Below are positions 14,601 to 27,955 of a stretch of 64,000 nt of DNA, piece by piece. The DNA is from Saccostrea cucullata (Eukaryota). Each line of letters opens with the position of its first letter. The stretch's first letter is position 1. Both the position numbers and the translations under genes were made by a program. The DNA lies in the NCBI RefSeq assembly GCF_032062105.1, contig NW_026926657.1:62001-126000 (forward strand), read 5' to 3'. The notes under the pieces are model-generated. The model ran no database searches. It saw nothing but the letters and a program-made list of their open reading frames with translations, and was not told the origin of the DNA.

Positions 14601-17600
14601 CTACAAATTTATCAGTTGCACTTGTTCCTCAGTTTGAGAGATTTCATACTGGTCCTCCAAGTAATCATCTGCATAAATAAGAGTTTGTCTTATCGCCGTC
14701 AACACTAGGATATTAATCGGCTTGTTCAGTTGAGTCTCCTTTTCGTAATTCTTTACCGGAAACACGTGACCCCTTGGAAGGCCTATGAGTTCTGCGGTTT
14801 TCTCGAGTGCTCTTTTACAGGCCTCGCTATAGAAGATCATACGCACATCTTTATCAGCTAAAGGGCAGATTTTGTCCAATTTTGTCAGATACACAACCTG
14901 TGGAATGCCTGGTCAATAAAAAAAGTCTTATTAAAGCTACATGAAAAAAAAAGTTTTGCAATACATCTGCAAGATCAACGTTTAATTAATCATTGATTTT
15001 TTCCCTTCAACTAAATGCTTATAGAATTTTGAATATAAAAATTGAAAATATCAAAAGGTTTGAAACGCAAAATTTCGAAAATTCAATTAACTTTAAAGGA
15101 AATTTGCATTTGTTTACTACCTCTCTCTACCATGAGAGATTGAAATTCCAACATTTTTCGTGGAACGGTTCCTTGCAATACATCAACAGAACTTCCGTCT
15201 ATAATGAAAGCCGCACAATGAATTTTATCCTTAAATGAGGGTCTAGAATTAAATCCCGGATCCCTTTGGCAGGCCTGTGCCATAGGATTAAACTGCAAAT
15301 TCAAATGTTATACAGATTTTATTTTGTTTTCATGTTCACAAATTAACAGACCTTGTTTGTAGAAGTAAAATTTCCGTGTAGCTGAAGATAGAATACCGAC
15401 CTTGTACTGATCAGATAAATGTCCGTCAAGTAACAGTGCCATATCTTGGTGTTTAATGGACATTTCCTCTTCTATGCCACGGGTATCACAAAGCCGGAAA
15501 TTAAGATAGCCACCTGTCTCATGATTCCTGACTCTGTATTTACGTAGCTTAAAAATAGAAATGAACACATTTAGTTTCATTCATAATATAAATAGTTCCA
15601 ATCGTAAACAGGAATGTTTGTACGTATTTCTAACAACAGGTGGACGTTACATATACACACGTCCAATGTAGTTTATGTGAATCGAAGGAAGCACTAGCCG
15701 TGGCCTTCATCTCGACATTTAGATATATCGATGACGAATAGTTAATTCTTATGTCGATACGAAATATCCCGATGATCTTGATTTAAAAGAAACAAAGAAA
15801 CCACAACCTCTCACACATCTGTTTCATGTTTAGACATTTTACTTAAATTAGTGGTTAATGGTCAATTTTTTCAATTGTCAACACCTCTTTCTAATACAGC
15901 CATATACTTCTCCCCTGCATACGGGGTTTATATATCTCACTTGATTCTATACGAAGGAGAACATATATACTCTACGTATGAGCAATTTCTAAAACGAAGA
16001 AATTATTGACAAACAAGTTACTGAAACACAAGTTTCAGCTGTCTCCTTCAAAGTCATCATTTCTAACGTTCTATGGTCGATCCAATGAACTCGTTAGCAA
16101 ATGAAATTTATCATTTTAATAAATGATAAGGAATTTTGGTGCTCTCTGATTGGTCTAGACGCCATTTACTGGTGTGTACCTCAGAGTGAGTTCACCTCAA
16201 TTGACGTTCTGGGAGGTTAATTCGGGTTTTCCCTCTCGACCAACCATAGATTTGCTTACAGCTTTTTCGACCAATCAGATAGCGTGTTTCAAAGCATGTG
16301 TCGGTGTGAATGTAAACATGTCAGACGCCATTACAAAGGAGATTAAGAACTTTTGAAAGTAAATGGTTGAGTATTTATTGTTTATTAATATTGTTTTTAA
16401 CTTTTTTAACTAATAGTTGTTTAGCTGTTGAAGTATATCTATTTGTAAAAAGTGTAATTACACTTTACATTATGGGTGTTTATATTTGATGTAGATAAGA
16501 ATGAAAGAGTCAGCAGTGTTGTAAAATTCCCTCATCATTTAATAAAACGGTTACTGACTTTTGAATTCGGTCTACTCGTGACTATACAGACCTGGTCAGG
16601 TATTGGTTAACCTCGGCCTTCGGCCTCGGTCAACCAATACCTGACCAGGTCTGTATAGTCACGAGTAGACCGAATTCAAAAGTCAATAATTGTATAAAGT
16701 TAAATGCTAACTGGCATTTTTTAAAACTGTTAATTCATTAGTTATACACTGAATTGATGAAAGTTTTTTCCGTTAGTTCCCGATCATGACAAAGAGCACA
16801 TGGTGGTTGACCAGTTGGCAGGGGATGCTCACTCCATCATGACACCTGATCCCACCTCTAATGTATTTCGTGGATGCATAATTATTAATCATTTGTCTTT
16901 CAGAGATAAAAAGTTTAACTCGAAATGTTAATTCGTCTCGCAATGGAACTAATAGATATTTTGGATCTACTATGTAGATATATAACAAAATACTAAATCC
17001 CCCCCACCCACCCCCCGACCCCCCCCCCCAAAAAAAAAATCAATACAATACCATATAATAAAATTCAGCTGTTACAATGTACCTTTGACAGGTAAACTTT
17101 TCGGGATGAAATTTGTATTACAATGTAAATTGAATAGTCTCTAACTTACATTCGTAGTCACACTATGTGGGGAGTTTCCGGCGCACGCACGTGCAGTTAT
17201 TTCACCGCGAAAAATAGAGTTGACTGTGTTGAAAAAACTGGATTTTCCAGAGCCTATCTGTCCTACTAGTAGAATATTAACCTCGGGAATGTTCATATCT
17301 TTCAACGGTTTGTAACTGGAGACAAAATGTTTCAAAGCTTGAAAATTCTGAAAAAAGAAAAAAAAGTGTATCATCATTAATGCATGAAATTACAACTAAG
17401 TGTTATATCAATTTTAGTTATTCAGCTTTGATTTTCAAAACATTCACATTTAATAATTAATGACTGAAAATAAAACTCGCATGTTCATCCCAGAGCGGCG
17501 GTTCCCTCCATGCCTTCAACGACATTTGTGAATGTGCGGGAACTACGGCGGGTCTCCTTGCTTAAAGAAAAGAATTTACATTTACCATTTACTAGCTAGC

Positions 17601-19848
17601 TTTTAGGTTTTAATGATTTTAAATCCATAGACTTGGTCTAAGTTTTATTCAAACGCTAAAAAAGAACAAAAGAGAACATGAAGGCTATGAAGGCTACATG
17701 TACCTTGCACTGAATAGACTTCTAGATCGAATACACACATGTGACCATTGTTGATTGCTTTCATATTCTCAGATGGCCTTTGGAATGCTGAACCGAATTC
17801 AGCTTGACCATTGAGTGTGAAGAAGCGCGTCTGACTTCCACGTTCAATAGATATGTTCACGTCATCATGAAACGTCATCATATCCGCTCTAGATCTCTCC
17901 CTCGTGGCGATTGCAGGGGAAAATGAAGTTACCTTTATTCCTTTCATTGGGTACATTTGATTGTTTTGAATTATCACAGACATATCAGCTTCGCCAAATG
18001 TTGGTCCTAATTTTTGATGTGCATAGGCAGCTAGATTTGCATTAGTTACGGCAAACTTCCTTGGTCTTTTGACACCGTTAAAGTATAAAGTAAACAGAAA
18101 TGCATGGTCGTCTTTGATGTTACCACCAGTGGACCTCCAAGATTGCAAAAGGAAACCTCCATATGCACTGTTATCAGTGTTGTAAAGAACTGTAATTGTG
18201 GGACCTTTCTCATCACAGAGCTGATGAAACTTTGAAGCTGAGCATCCATCACGACTTATTTTGTACAGCAACTCAAAATGACACGTCTTACCAATCCACT
18301 GCGATAGCTGGTCCCTGTCGTCCGCTGTTAACAGTTCTGTTGTTCTAATAATGAAAGATAGTTATACATGTATATATTTAATGACACTTTTGCTTATTGT
18401 ACATTCAGTTCATCCTTAACTTTATTTTAAAAAGAAAAACATGCATGTCTAGAAATTTTCTACAGGTAACGCATCCACTGTAGTTTGTTCGAAAATTCAT
18501 TTTTTATTAATCATTTTAAGATGCAAATTTATTTACCACTGCAATGTGAACTTTTACCTTATTTCATTTTTCAACCAGAAGGAAAGGTATACATGTATTT
18601 TTAACAAGGAAATATACATGCTTATTTACAAGAAAGAAAACTGTTCTCGGGGGTAGTTAATCTTTAGTTTACTATCCTCATCCAGAATTGTATTCAATCT
18701 ATCATTGCTTCCAAGAATTGTATTCAAACTACAGTGTATCTTTTCTTCAACTGCATTTGAAACAGAAATATCAGACATTTGTTTGCCTTTCTATAGTGAT
18801 ATGGTAGATGTCTTGTTCTGTTATTGAAAGGTCGTGTTCAAATTACGGCTGCTGGACTTTTACGAGAAGCACTGACTTCAACAGTGGACGGTTTACTTGA
18901 ACATTTAAACTTGTATCATGTACAGAAGTACATGTACATAATTGAAAATACATAGGAAAACCTTTCTAGTGGTCATAGGTATGGTGTAAGGGTCACCTGA
19001 ATGTGAAGGCTGGGAGGTGAGGGTAGGTTGGTTGTTGTTTTCTTTAAGGACAACTTATATGTGCATTGAAATAACCTATTATTTTCATTTGTTGAAGTCC
19101 TGAGCAAAATATTTACATCGTAATAGAGCTTCCTTACATTGTCCCAGTGCAAAGGTAAGCCGTAAACTGTAAAAGTCAACGCTCCTCGTAAAAGTCTATT
19201 ACTGACCCATGTTGATAGAAAAAAAGTCAGTCATTGTTCTTCGTTCGACATTTCGGGGAAAATTTTGCGGGCCCTACGGATGAAACCTTAAAAACCCTAG
19301 TTTTAAAGTCACTGTTTACGTTGGCCCGATAAACAACCTCACTGCTCAATGCCCCTGAGTGCCAAGTAAAGGTTTAATTTAAAGCCCTCCACCGATATAT
19401 GGTGACGTCTCTATATATGAAAAAGTTTGTGAACAGGACTTAAAACAACAAACAATCAATCAATATAGTGTCGTATCGAGACATCAACGGAAGATTTAGT
19501 CATGCCAGAATCTACCGTGGCACGGGTCCCAGGTTAAATTGGTCTCTCAGAAGGTCCGTATTCCATGTACCATATAAAGGAGGAACTTCTTACTCGGTGA
19601 GTCTTAACTAAGAGCAATAAATGACGAGTCATGATCATATTTCGGCAAATTGGAAAAGAAGAAGCAACGTAGTGAATTTTTATACACAAATTACAATGTG
19701 TATAATTTATAATTTTGATTAATTTCGCGAATGTTCATTTGTTCACAAACTTCGCACATGCCTTTATCCTACAAATAATTATTCATCTTAATCCATAAAA
19801 AGAAAACGGGAATCTATGTAATTATTAGAAATTGTCTCACCTGTCCAT
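14601..19848 (-). CDS. IFI44L: IFI44L-like copy B, TLDc + P-loop GTPase, ~517 aa, 7 coding exons (one GC-AG intron)
   Basis: Exons 19848-19841 (ATG GAC AG|gtgag), 18344-17704, 17560-17481, 17347-17150, 15547-15401, 15292-15121, 14908-14601 join in frame (1554 nt). Motifs LLYKISRDG, GPTFG, AWREPPLW, GQIGSGKS, DTRG, TKLD, FPVKNY. The linker-exon donor is GC (CAT|gcgagt). Confidence 0.87.
15880..16865 (+). mobile_element. Degenerate Penelope-like 3' fragment, split by a hairpin-rich insertion
   Basis: 15880-16115 (PAYGVYISHLI-like; tctacgtatgagcaatttctaaaacg) and 16700-16865 (gggatgctcactcc...cctgatcccacctct) match the Penelope-like copy at 59240-59870. Confidence 0.65.
16118..16695. mobile_element. 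Non-autonomous element with nested inverted repeats and a terminal 62-bp-arm palindrome (possibly Crypton-like)
   Basis: Arms 16551-16612 and 16628-16689 (2 mismatches) surround loop TCGGCCTTCGGCCTC. Additional inverted pairs TCTGATTGGTC/GACCAATCAGA and AGGGAATTTT/AAAATTCCCT. The family assignment is inference. Confidence 0.55.
19230..19465 (+). mobile_element. SINE remnant with (CAAT)n tail
   Basis: Ends in ...aaacaacaaacaatcaatcaat. The core ATGGTGACGTCTCTATAT is shared with 58160-58375 and the tail with 24190-24252. Confidence 0.55.
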
Positions 19849-20883
19849 TTTGCATCTTGTTTTGCTTTGTTTTAAGTTTTGTTTTCTTTCCTTTCCAGGA
19901 ACGGATATGCTCTTTCAAAGCCATCAGATTAAATGATGTTTTCAGAAAATCAAGGTTTGTATGACTTTTAAAAAATGGTTCGATATGATCGCTTTGTTGA
20001 CAAAAGATTTAAATTGCTTTAGAGGCGTTCCTTATTTAAAAAGGGCAATAAATACGATACTACCTTCGGGACACTTATAGACCTAGGCTCAAGACCATAA
20101 ACAGAGAATAGAGATATTTAATTTCATGTGGTGTACATGTACATGTATGTGTTTCAAATGACATTTTTATATAATTATTTTATTCGATCAAAAGCAATTT
20201 TAGAATTGTATTTTATCATCATTTTTTTATACCTTGTATACACTGTACGTTTTATCTATTCGTTTTTATCTAAGTTTGAATTAAGGCTTTTCTCAGTCAC
20301 TGAATTTATTTTTTTTTTACATATATTGCAACCTTTCATCCAATCTGCCATGCATTGATGCCCACATACATACATATTACTCTTGAAATAAAATCAAGTA
20401 CATGTATCGTATCCATGTATAGTATATGGTATGTTGTGTCCAAAAGTATCTATTACAATTAAGTATTTAGTAAGTGAATAATTAACATATCATCATCATT
20501 AAAAATTCATTGGATTTATCGATAATTAAAAATGATGGATAATAAACCAGACTTTACATGCTTATGAACAATAAAATGCGTTTGTGTTACACCAGTTATT
20601 TTGACATAAATCTTTTCTGCTGCACAATATTTAGTTTTTCAAAAAAAAAATCAAAAAGAATAATTTAAAACTACTTTCCCTAGCAACTATTTAATGACTA
20701 ATCAAAGCATAACTTGGCAGTAACAAAATTTTACATCTCTCGTAGTTCAGAAATGTGTTTCTCTGATTTACAAGAAAGCAATAGTACCGTCAGTTTCTTC
20801 ACAAGGGCATTACAATGCTGATTATTTTGATAATAATTATTCGTTTTATATCTGTAATTTCAATCATAAAGAACACATTGCCA

Positions 20884-23800
20884 TTAAGACAGAGTACACA
20901 TGTACCCAGTCTTTTCTCTTGTCCTTTTACCCTCGGCATCCATTTTATCAAGCTGCCCATCCATGAAATCATCCGCAAAATCAAGACACTGTTGTACAGC
21001 GTTCATCAAAAGAATACCGGCACCAATATTCAGTTTAGTCTCCTTTTCGAAGTTTTTTACCGGGAAAATGTGACCACGTGGAAGTCCCATAATCTCTCCA
21101 ACTTTCCTAACAGCTTTAGCAATAGTTGTACTTGTAAACGTGTTTGAGATATCCTCCTCCACATCCGGGCATATATTGTCTAGTTTGGTCAGCAGGACGA
21201 CTTGTGGCATGTCTATAATTATGAAATAAGACATCAACAATACATTTATGTCATTTAAAACATTCACTTTATATGTTATTAGTTTTGGCTCTGAAAAACT
21301 TTTAAAGTTTTAATTATATATGACATACGAAATCAGATGATATTTCTAGAAATATATTTACCTTTTTTTAACTTTAATTATTGATTTCATAAAAAAATTA
21401 AAAATGGCAGTTTTATATGAAACCTTAGACTTCTCTTATTTCTAAAATCATTCTAAAACATTTATCTTAGTCTGTTTCTTACTTCTCTGATTGAAGATGA
21501 TTTGCAGATCTTTTATCTGTTTACGGACTTTTTCAGGCATGACGTCGATGGTGCTTCGATCTACCACAATGGCTACACAGTGAATTTTATCCTGCAGATT
21601 CGGGTCATTTATGAATTTAGGACTATCTGATGACATTGGAACCATGGGATTGAACTACAAATGATAAGTCTCATTTAAGCCACAGCAATTTGACAGTTGT
21701 CCCATTTTCTGTTACAATCAATGATCATGACATTTTTTTTTTTACAAAATGAGTACATTGAATATTGAGCAAGATATCCTTTATTTGGCAAAAAAGTGAC
21801 CAAGAGAAAAAAACATTTTCTAATTAGATTAAAAGTAATGAACTGGTTTCAAATTTGAATATCTAAACTCTACCTCTGAAACAATACTTTAGACGAACAT
21901 GTGTAATCGACCTTGAGATATGCACAAATGAAAACAAAATAATTTATCAGTACAACTTTTATCCACTGGTTACATTTTATTTAAGTTAAAATAGATGCAG
22001 GAGAAAGCAAACCTGGTACTGATCTGGAATATTACCATCCAGGATAAAAGCAATTTCTTGTACATCCATTTCAAATTCGTCCTCGAATCCTCTCGTGACA
22101 CACAGACGAAAGTTAAGGAATTTCCCTGAGGTAAAGTCTTTGATTTTGTATTTTCTAAACTGAAAAAAGCATGTTGATGTTATATATTTTGCTCACAGAA
22201 AATGAAAACAATCGTAGGTTTTCATAACATTATCTGCATTGACACTCATTGCAAAGTAATCCCAATACCGAATGTCCTTGAAATAGATTAACACGAAAGT
22301 GTTGTTTAGAGAGATGTGATATACCTATCCCGTTTTTCCATCACCAGTAAAAGCTATTCTGATTTAAAACAAAATAAAAACCGTATATAGTAGACATACA
22401 GCTGTCGTCACACGGTGCTCAAAGCTCCCACTGGAAGTTTTACTGGTGATTTCCCACGGAAAATGGAGTTGACTGAGTTGAAAAAGCTGGACTTTCCTGC
22501 TCCAATTTGACCAACCAAAAGAATGTTTGCTGCGGACACATTTGTTCCTTGGAATGGTTTGTAGTCCACGAGCGATTTCTTTAGGTTACAATAAAACTTA
22601 AAGATAAACAATATATTTATTTCAAAAATCATTAATACTTCTAAAAATTTCTCATATTGATAACCTCATTATGTTATGTAGAATAGATGCAGAAAATTTG
22701 CAAAATCTTTCAGAAATTTCAAGAAATGTGTGCAAATACTTGAATTAGATATACGGAAAATAGCACAAAGTCGCACATATGAACACCAAATTTTGTGCAC
22801 CATGTATCGATTTTGTGCAATTTATCTTTAAGCGTTTTTGCTTAAACCACACTTGGAATAAAGTTTGTTGCTATTGCAAAATAATTTGGATTAATCTTTG
22901 CTAAAATATTTAGCAGATTCATCAAGCAACCAAAATTTGAATAGATTTTTTATCATTGAGTCACATGTTTAAATATCGTAGTATCAAAGATAAATTATCT
23001 TTTAAGATAAAGATAAAACTAACAGACTTTTATCAATTTTAGAAAAAAAATTTCATTGTCAAGAAAAAGAAACTTTTAAAAAAAATGATATTTTAAAAAA
23101 GGTACCAAATTTTACTTTTGATTCGATTCAAGAGTTACATTTTCTTGGTGAATTTTACCAAATTGTCAATTTTCATGTTTCTAAACATAATCATATTTAC
23201 TATCAATGAATAAATCAAGAAAAATGCATATAAATGCAATAGCAATAAATTTAATTACTGTCCAAAATCACATTCTTTGCTTGTCTTATCTCAAGCTTAA
23301 GGAAGTAAATTTAAAAAAAAAAAAAAGGCTTTCGATTATTATTTGTAAATAAATAAACCCATCCCCTTATAATAGGACTTGATCCTGAGCAGAAAGGGGA
23401 TATAATTGTCAGTTGAGTAGTTTATTAAGTTTATTAAATGATTATACATGTATGCTGAAAATAATCATCGAAACATTTGCTAGACGATAAATTGCAGAAA
23501 GAAAATTTTCAAATATATTATTTATTATAGAGTTACTGTACTTTCAATAATTATGTATTCACATGTAAAGCAAACTTGGTTCTTGTCTCATCTGAAGGGT
23601 TCTTGTATAAAGCCTTAAAATTAACCTGAATGTAGACACAGTAGGGAGTGGTGCCTATTTGTGCAAACATTGCGTTTGTTTGATGAAAAATGTCAAAACA
23701 AAAAAAAATACTCCATCGCTCCATTCTGGTGGTTCTCTCCAAAGTTCGATACAATTCTTCCCTCTTCGTTCCTCTACAACAAAAATTAATAAACACTATT

Positions 23801-24348
23801 ACTACATGTATATCACTTCAAATCTATCAATATTTAAATATTGCATGAATATTTTGTGGGGATATTTTGATTGGTGCTTTCTGGATTACTAAACAATAAT
23901 AAAATTAATCTTGAATGCATTCATTACCTCTTCAACATGAAATGGAGGTCTCTTAATCTTAGATTATTGTCAGTTATATACTATATCTAGTAGTTAAAAT
24001 GTAAATAGTATATGTAGTATAGTATAGCATTGTATATTATACTATGTGTAGTTAGAACTTTCCCAATTTTCAGTATCATGGGCAAAATTTCACAAGACAT
24101 GGCGGTTTTTATGCATTAGGAGAAAAGGATACCCATCATTTTTTATATCAAAATTGACTTTTTTCATCAATAGCTCATCTTCATCATATCATATGAGTGA
24201 AAAATTCTCAAGAGGGACATTAAACAACATACAATCAATCAATCAATCAATCATCATATCAAATAAATAAATGAAATCCTCATAAAAGCAAGATATCTTA
24301 TGAAATTGCACTAATCAAACGTCTAATCATGAAAAGCTTACCTGACAT
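20884..24348 (-). pseudogene. Short TLDc-less IFI44-like copy C (duplicate of copy E), frameshifted
   Basis: Exons 24348-24342, 23773-23712, 22596-22400, 22159-22013, 21654-21483, 21212-20884. The G1 exon is 197 nt versus 198 in all other copies (1-bp loss at ~22450-22452). G3 DTRG is changed to VTRG and VVDGS to VVDRS. The C-terminus still reads CTLS. Confidence 0.78.
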
Positions 24349-24915
24349 GGTTTCATTTCTTCTTCTCGGAAAATGTTTTTTTTTTAATATTAGCTATTTC
24401 TGAAAAAAAAAATTCTTCTATCGATTTTGTCTTGAGTTGTATGGCCTTCAATTTTGATAATAATTTTGCCATTTAAATTTACACTTTTCTTCTTTTCAGA
24501 TTCAGTCAGATGACCTAGATTCAGAGATAGCCTCAGTTTCTCAGAAGTCTTTAAAAAATGTAATTATAATCTAATTAAACACGAGAATATGTTGTGTACT
24601 TTGAAATGTTTTGCAGCTCCTTTTTATTGCTTTGTGTTATCATTTAATATCATTTTTTGCACCCTAATCAGATAAAAGGTAGTTTTTATTTTAATTCTTT
24701 TTAAATTTTTTATTCTTTTATTTATTTTGGATGAAGATAAAGATATATTAGAAAAAGTGCCCTTAACAGATATTTTTAGAAATTACATATTAAGAATGGG
24801 ATGAGTTTTTTTTTTCTTTTTTTTTTTTTTTTTTTGCAATTAATGGTTATCAATATTATTTAAAGTTTCCATGCGTAAAAAAGAACCCTTCAGATGAGAT
24901 AAATAGTATTTTTAC

Positions 24916-25594
24916 CTCTGTTTTCCATTCAGGAGGTTCTCTCCAAGGTTTATCAAAAACTTTTGGTCCTTGGCCATCTAATGTTAATATGGAAAAGATT
25001 TTTTTATATTTTTCAAGAAAAAAATTTCGAAACTCAAAAAAGAAAAAAAGAAACTGTACCTACGACAAGGTAGACCTCCAAATCTGTAACCCTCAGATTG
25101 TTGTTTGTCATAGAGTTGGTATTCTGCCCGCCGTAACTGAAGTTATTATTGTTATTCATATTCAGACAACCATTCAATGCAAACTCTTTTCCAGACTTTG
25201 AAATATTCCCTTTAAATGTCCGTAAATCACTATTGCATCCAAAGGATGGACCATGATCTTGATTCCCTAATCCAGCCTGATCATAATTGGAGCTATTGAC
25301 AGGGGCTTTCAGTTGATTGGACGAACCATTATACTGCAGTCGGAACAGAAATGCCCTGGCATCACTGATTTAACTGTTATTGGAGTTCGAGCTCTGTGAC
25401 AGGTACCCCCCAAATATCGTGTTGTTAGTGTTGTATAGAACCGTTACCGTAGGACCCTGACCGTCACACTTCTGATGGAAGGTTGTGTTTGAACATCCAT
25501 CTCTGCTGATCTTGTACAACAACCGGAAGTGACATGTCTTTCCTATCCAGATGGTCAACTGCTCACGGTAATTTTGCTTCAAAAGTTCAGGCAT
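24916..25594 (-). pseudogene. Truncated IFI44L copy D: TLDc exon + linker exon only (duplicate of copy F 5' part)
   Basis: Exons 25594-25060 and 24977-24916 closely match copy F (MPELLK...; DGQGPKVFDKPWREPPEWKTE). There is an in-frame TAA at 25372-25370, the conserved W is changed to S (QSSNS vs QNWNS), and no GTPase exons of its own precede copy C. Confidence 0.8.
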
Positions 25595-25699
25595 GGTTTA
25601 AATTCTCCGTTTTACCACTGAAAAAAAAAATCATAAAATTTATCTTAACTTTTCAAACCAAGACTAAATGCAAGATCCATTTTGATGGCATAGTTGATT

Positions 25700-25860
25700 T
25701 AAGGAATCACTGTCTAGTTAGGAGGCTATGCCAGGGCATCAACAATAGTGGAAAAAATGGGATAATTTGCGTAACCGGCGAAGTCGTTTAAAATTATCCC
25801 ATGTTTTCCACTATTGTTGATGTCCCTGGCATAGCCTCCTAACTAGACAGACATTCCTTA
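25700..25860. repeat. Long near-perfect palindrome (~70-bp arms), probable terminus of a non-autonomous element
   Basis: Arms 25700-25768 and 25791-25860 surround loop GCGTAACCGGCGAAGTCGTTTA. Same architecture as 16551-16689. Confidence 0.85.
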
Positions 25861-27939
25861 TATTTCCATTTTACTTGAAACAACAATCTTAAAATAAATC
25901 GGAAAACCGTCTAATTAGTAGATTTGCAATGCACGAGGCATTCTATATTATTTTCTATTGACCCGCCCAATGACGTCAAATTTTACTAAATTAAATGATT
26001 ATTTAGTTACTGTAGCAAAATATCAACATTTATAGAATGAATAACAAAAGAATTTTAAATTCAAAGCAATCTTGTTAACTTTAATTATAAACGTGACCTA
26101 GACTTGGGTTGTTGGTGGCACGAACACGTGTATAGGCCCTAGGTCGCTTCTCTGTCGCCATATTGAATGCAGTGTTGCAGTTGAAGAAACGGGAGTTTGT
26201 CAGCATCATGCTGCATGGTCAGTAAACATATTTATGTGGATGTTGAAATAACAGATGAAGTTAAGTTGCTTAAGAAGTCGGATAGTAATGACTGAGGGAC
26301 GATGTCTGTATCAGATAATGAAGTGCAGATATATATGTATGTGGCGATGCTGATTTCCCCACGTGGTTCAGATGGACTGTTTACCATGTTTACGAAAGTG
26401 GAGTTCTCGGTCTCGCCAGGTTTCGGGGATTCGGACTTGTAACTTGCTTTCGATCCGGAGATAATTCATTATATTTATTTTGTTTGTAAAAAGATATATC
26501 ATATCTAATTTTTTAGTAAACAATAAAAGAAGCATCTTTTTTTTCCCCAGTGTATTTATACGCCAGTCATTGTATGCAATTTGACATTTGACCTTTCAGT
26601 AGTATTTCAATAGAGAAACTTACTTGCCACAGGAATCACGGAGGAATTAACAAGATTGACTTTTGTTGTGTTTATCATAGGGAAAGCAATTGGAAATGGA
26701 AATGGAAATTTATTTTTCTCTACTTTACTGCTCTTAAAATTAATTTCATTTAAAAATCTGCATCGGTGACACAACACTACAGTGCTTTCTTGTCATCTTG
26801 GGGCAACATTCTGGTATGTCATCACCAAAGCCATGTGATATGATATACCAAGGTATGATGTAAAAAATAATATATGTAAAGTAGAACCCCATTTTTACAG
26901 CACTTTGATAGAAAATAAATATGCGTGTGTTAGGCTCTCTAGAAATGAACCTTCAAGCGTTCTCAAATTTATTTATCGTAAATAAGTCAATATTAAGGAT
27001 TTGTGAAAGAAAATATACAAAAAAGCAATATTCCATCGAATAAATATGATTGTAGTATAGGTTTCTTGCACATGACAAAACAGATGTCCTGCTAATAATG
27101 AAGTAATACTATAGTGCTTCTTTCAGCACAGCTGACCTGATTATTTTTTGTCAATATACGCTTGAATAGCTTGGAGTACTTTAACTTCTGTTAGACTTTA
27201 AAAGTTCACGGTGTAAGCCGAAAGACCTTCATATATATATAATGTATTAAGTCGTGTGCTGACGATTTTTTTTTTGGCTTGTTAGACTTTTAGATGCATA
27301 ATCACATTGTAATCGATTGTATCTCTTCTTAACTCTACCAACCGTGACGACAGTTGTTAATTGTTGTGTAGCAGCTTGCATCGACAAAAATGTAGAATGC
27401 GGTATATATGTTTAAAACAAGTAATCTCTTGCAGTATCGAATAATTTCATTTAATCTGAAAATTTATATTTAGTTATATTTATCTGCAGATGATTACATT
27501 TAAACAATAAATAACTTGTGAACATATTTGTGCATACATTTATTTCATTGTTTGCTTCATTCTGGGAGGTTTGTCATTTTTCTGGTTGATATTTGAAAAC
27601 AACTTTGCTCCTTAATGTTTCGTAGACCAAAACCACATCTGACCCATTTTTACTCAGTACCAGAAACATTACCAAAAACTTACCACCCTTAAAAGAGAAA
27701 AAAAATATTTGTACATGATTATAAACGAACACTACACAGTCTACTGAACCTTCTTCACATCGATGGAATATTTTAGGAGGAATAAGGTTTGCATTCATCT
27801 TTCAAAGCTTCCTTCATTGACTTACTTACTTTCTCAGTAAATTAACTCAACTGTTAACAGTTCTTACCTTACAGCTCTTCACGAGATACCTTACCTAACA
27901 TGCTTTCTCGATTCCCTTGAAATGGCTTTTTTAAATTTA

Positions 27940-27955
27940 TTTCCTTCTTTCGTTT
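27940..27955 (-). promoter_or_regulatory. IRF-like motif upstream of putative first exon of copy D
   Basis: Minus strand AAACGAAAGAAGGAAA, about 50 nt upstream of donor TAG|GTAAGG (exon end 27895). Confidence 0.4.

Noticed and set aside
23712-24977. Two 62-nt linker exons as mutually exclusive alternative exons of one gene
   Set aside because: An ATG micro-exon (24348-24342) lies between them and the layout mirrors the separate genes F and E. Two adjacent duplicated genes is the simpler explanation.
25370-25372. Programmed read-through or selenocysteine at the in-frame stop in copy D
   Set aside because: The codon is TAA, not TGA, and it is accompanied by other damage (W>S, missing GTPase exons).
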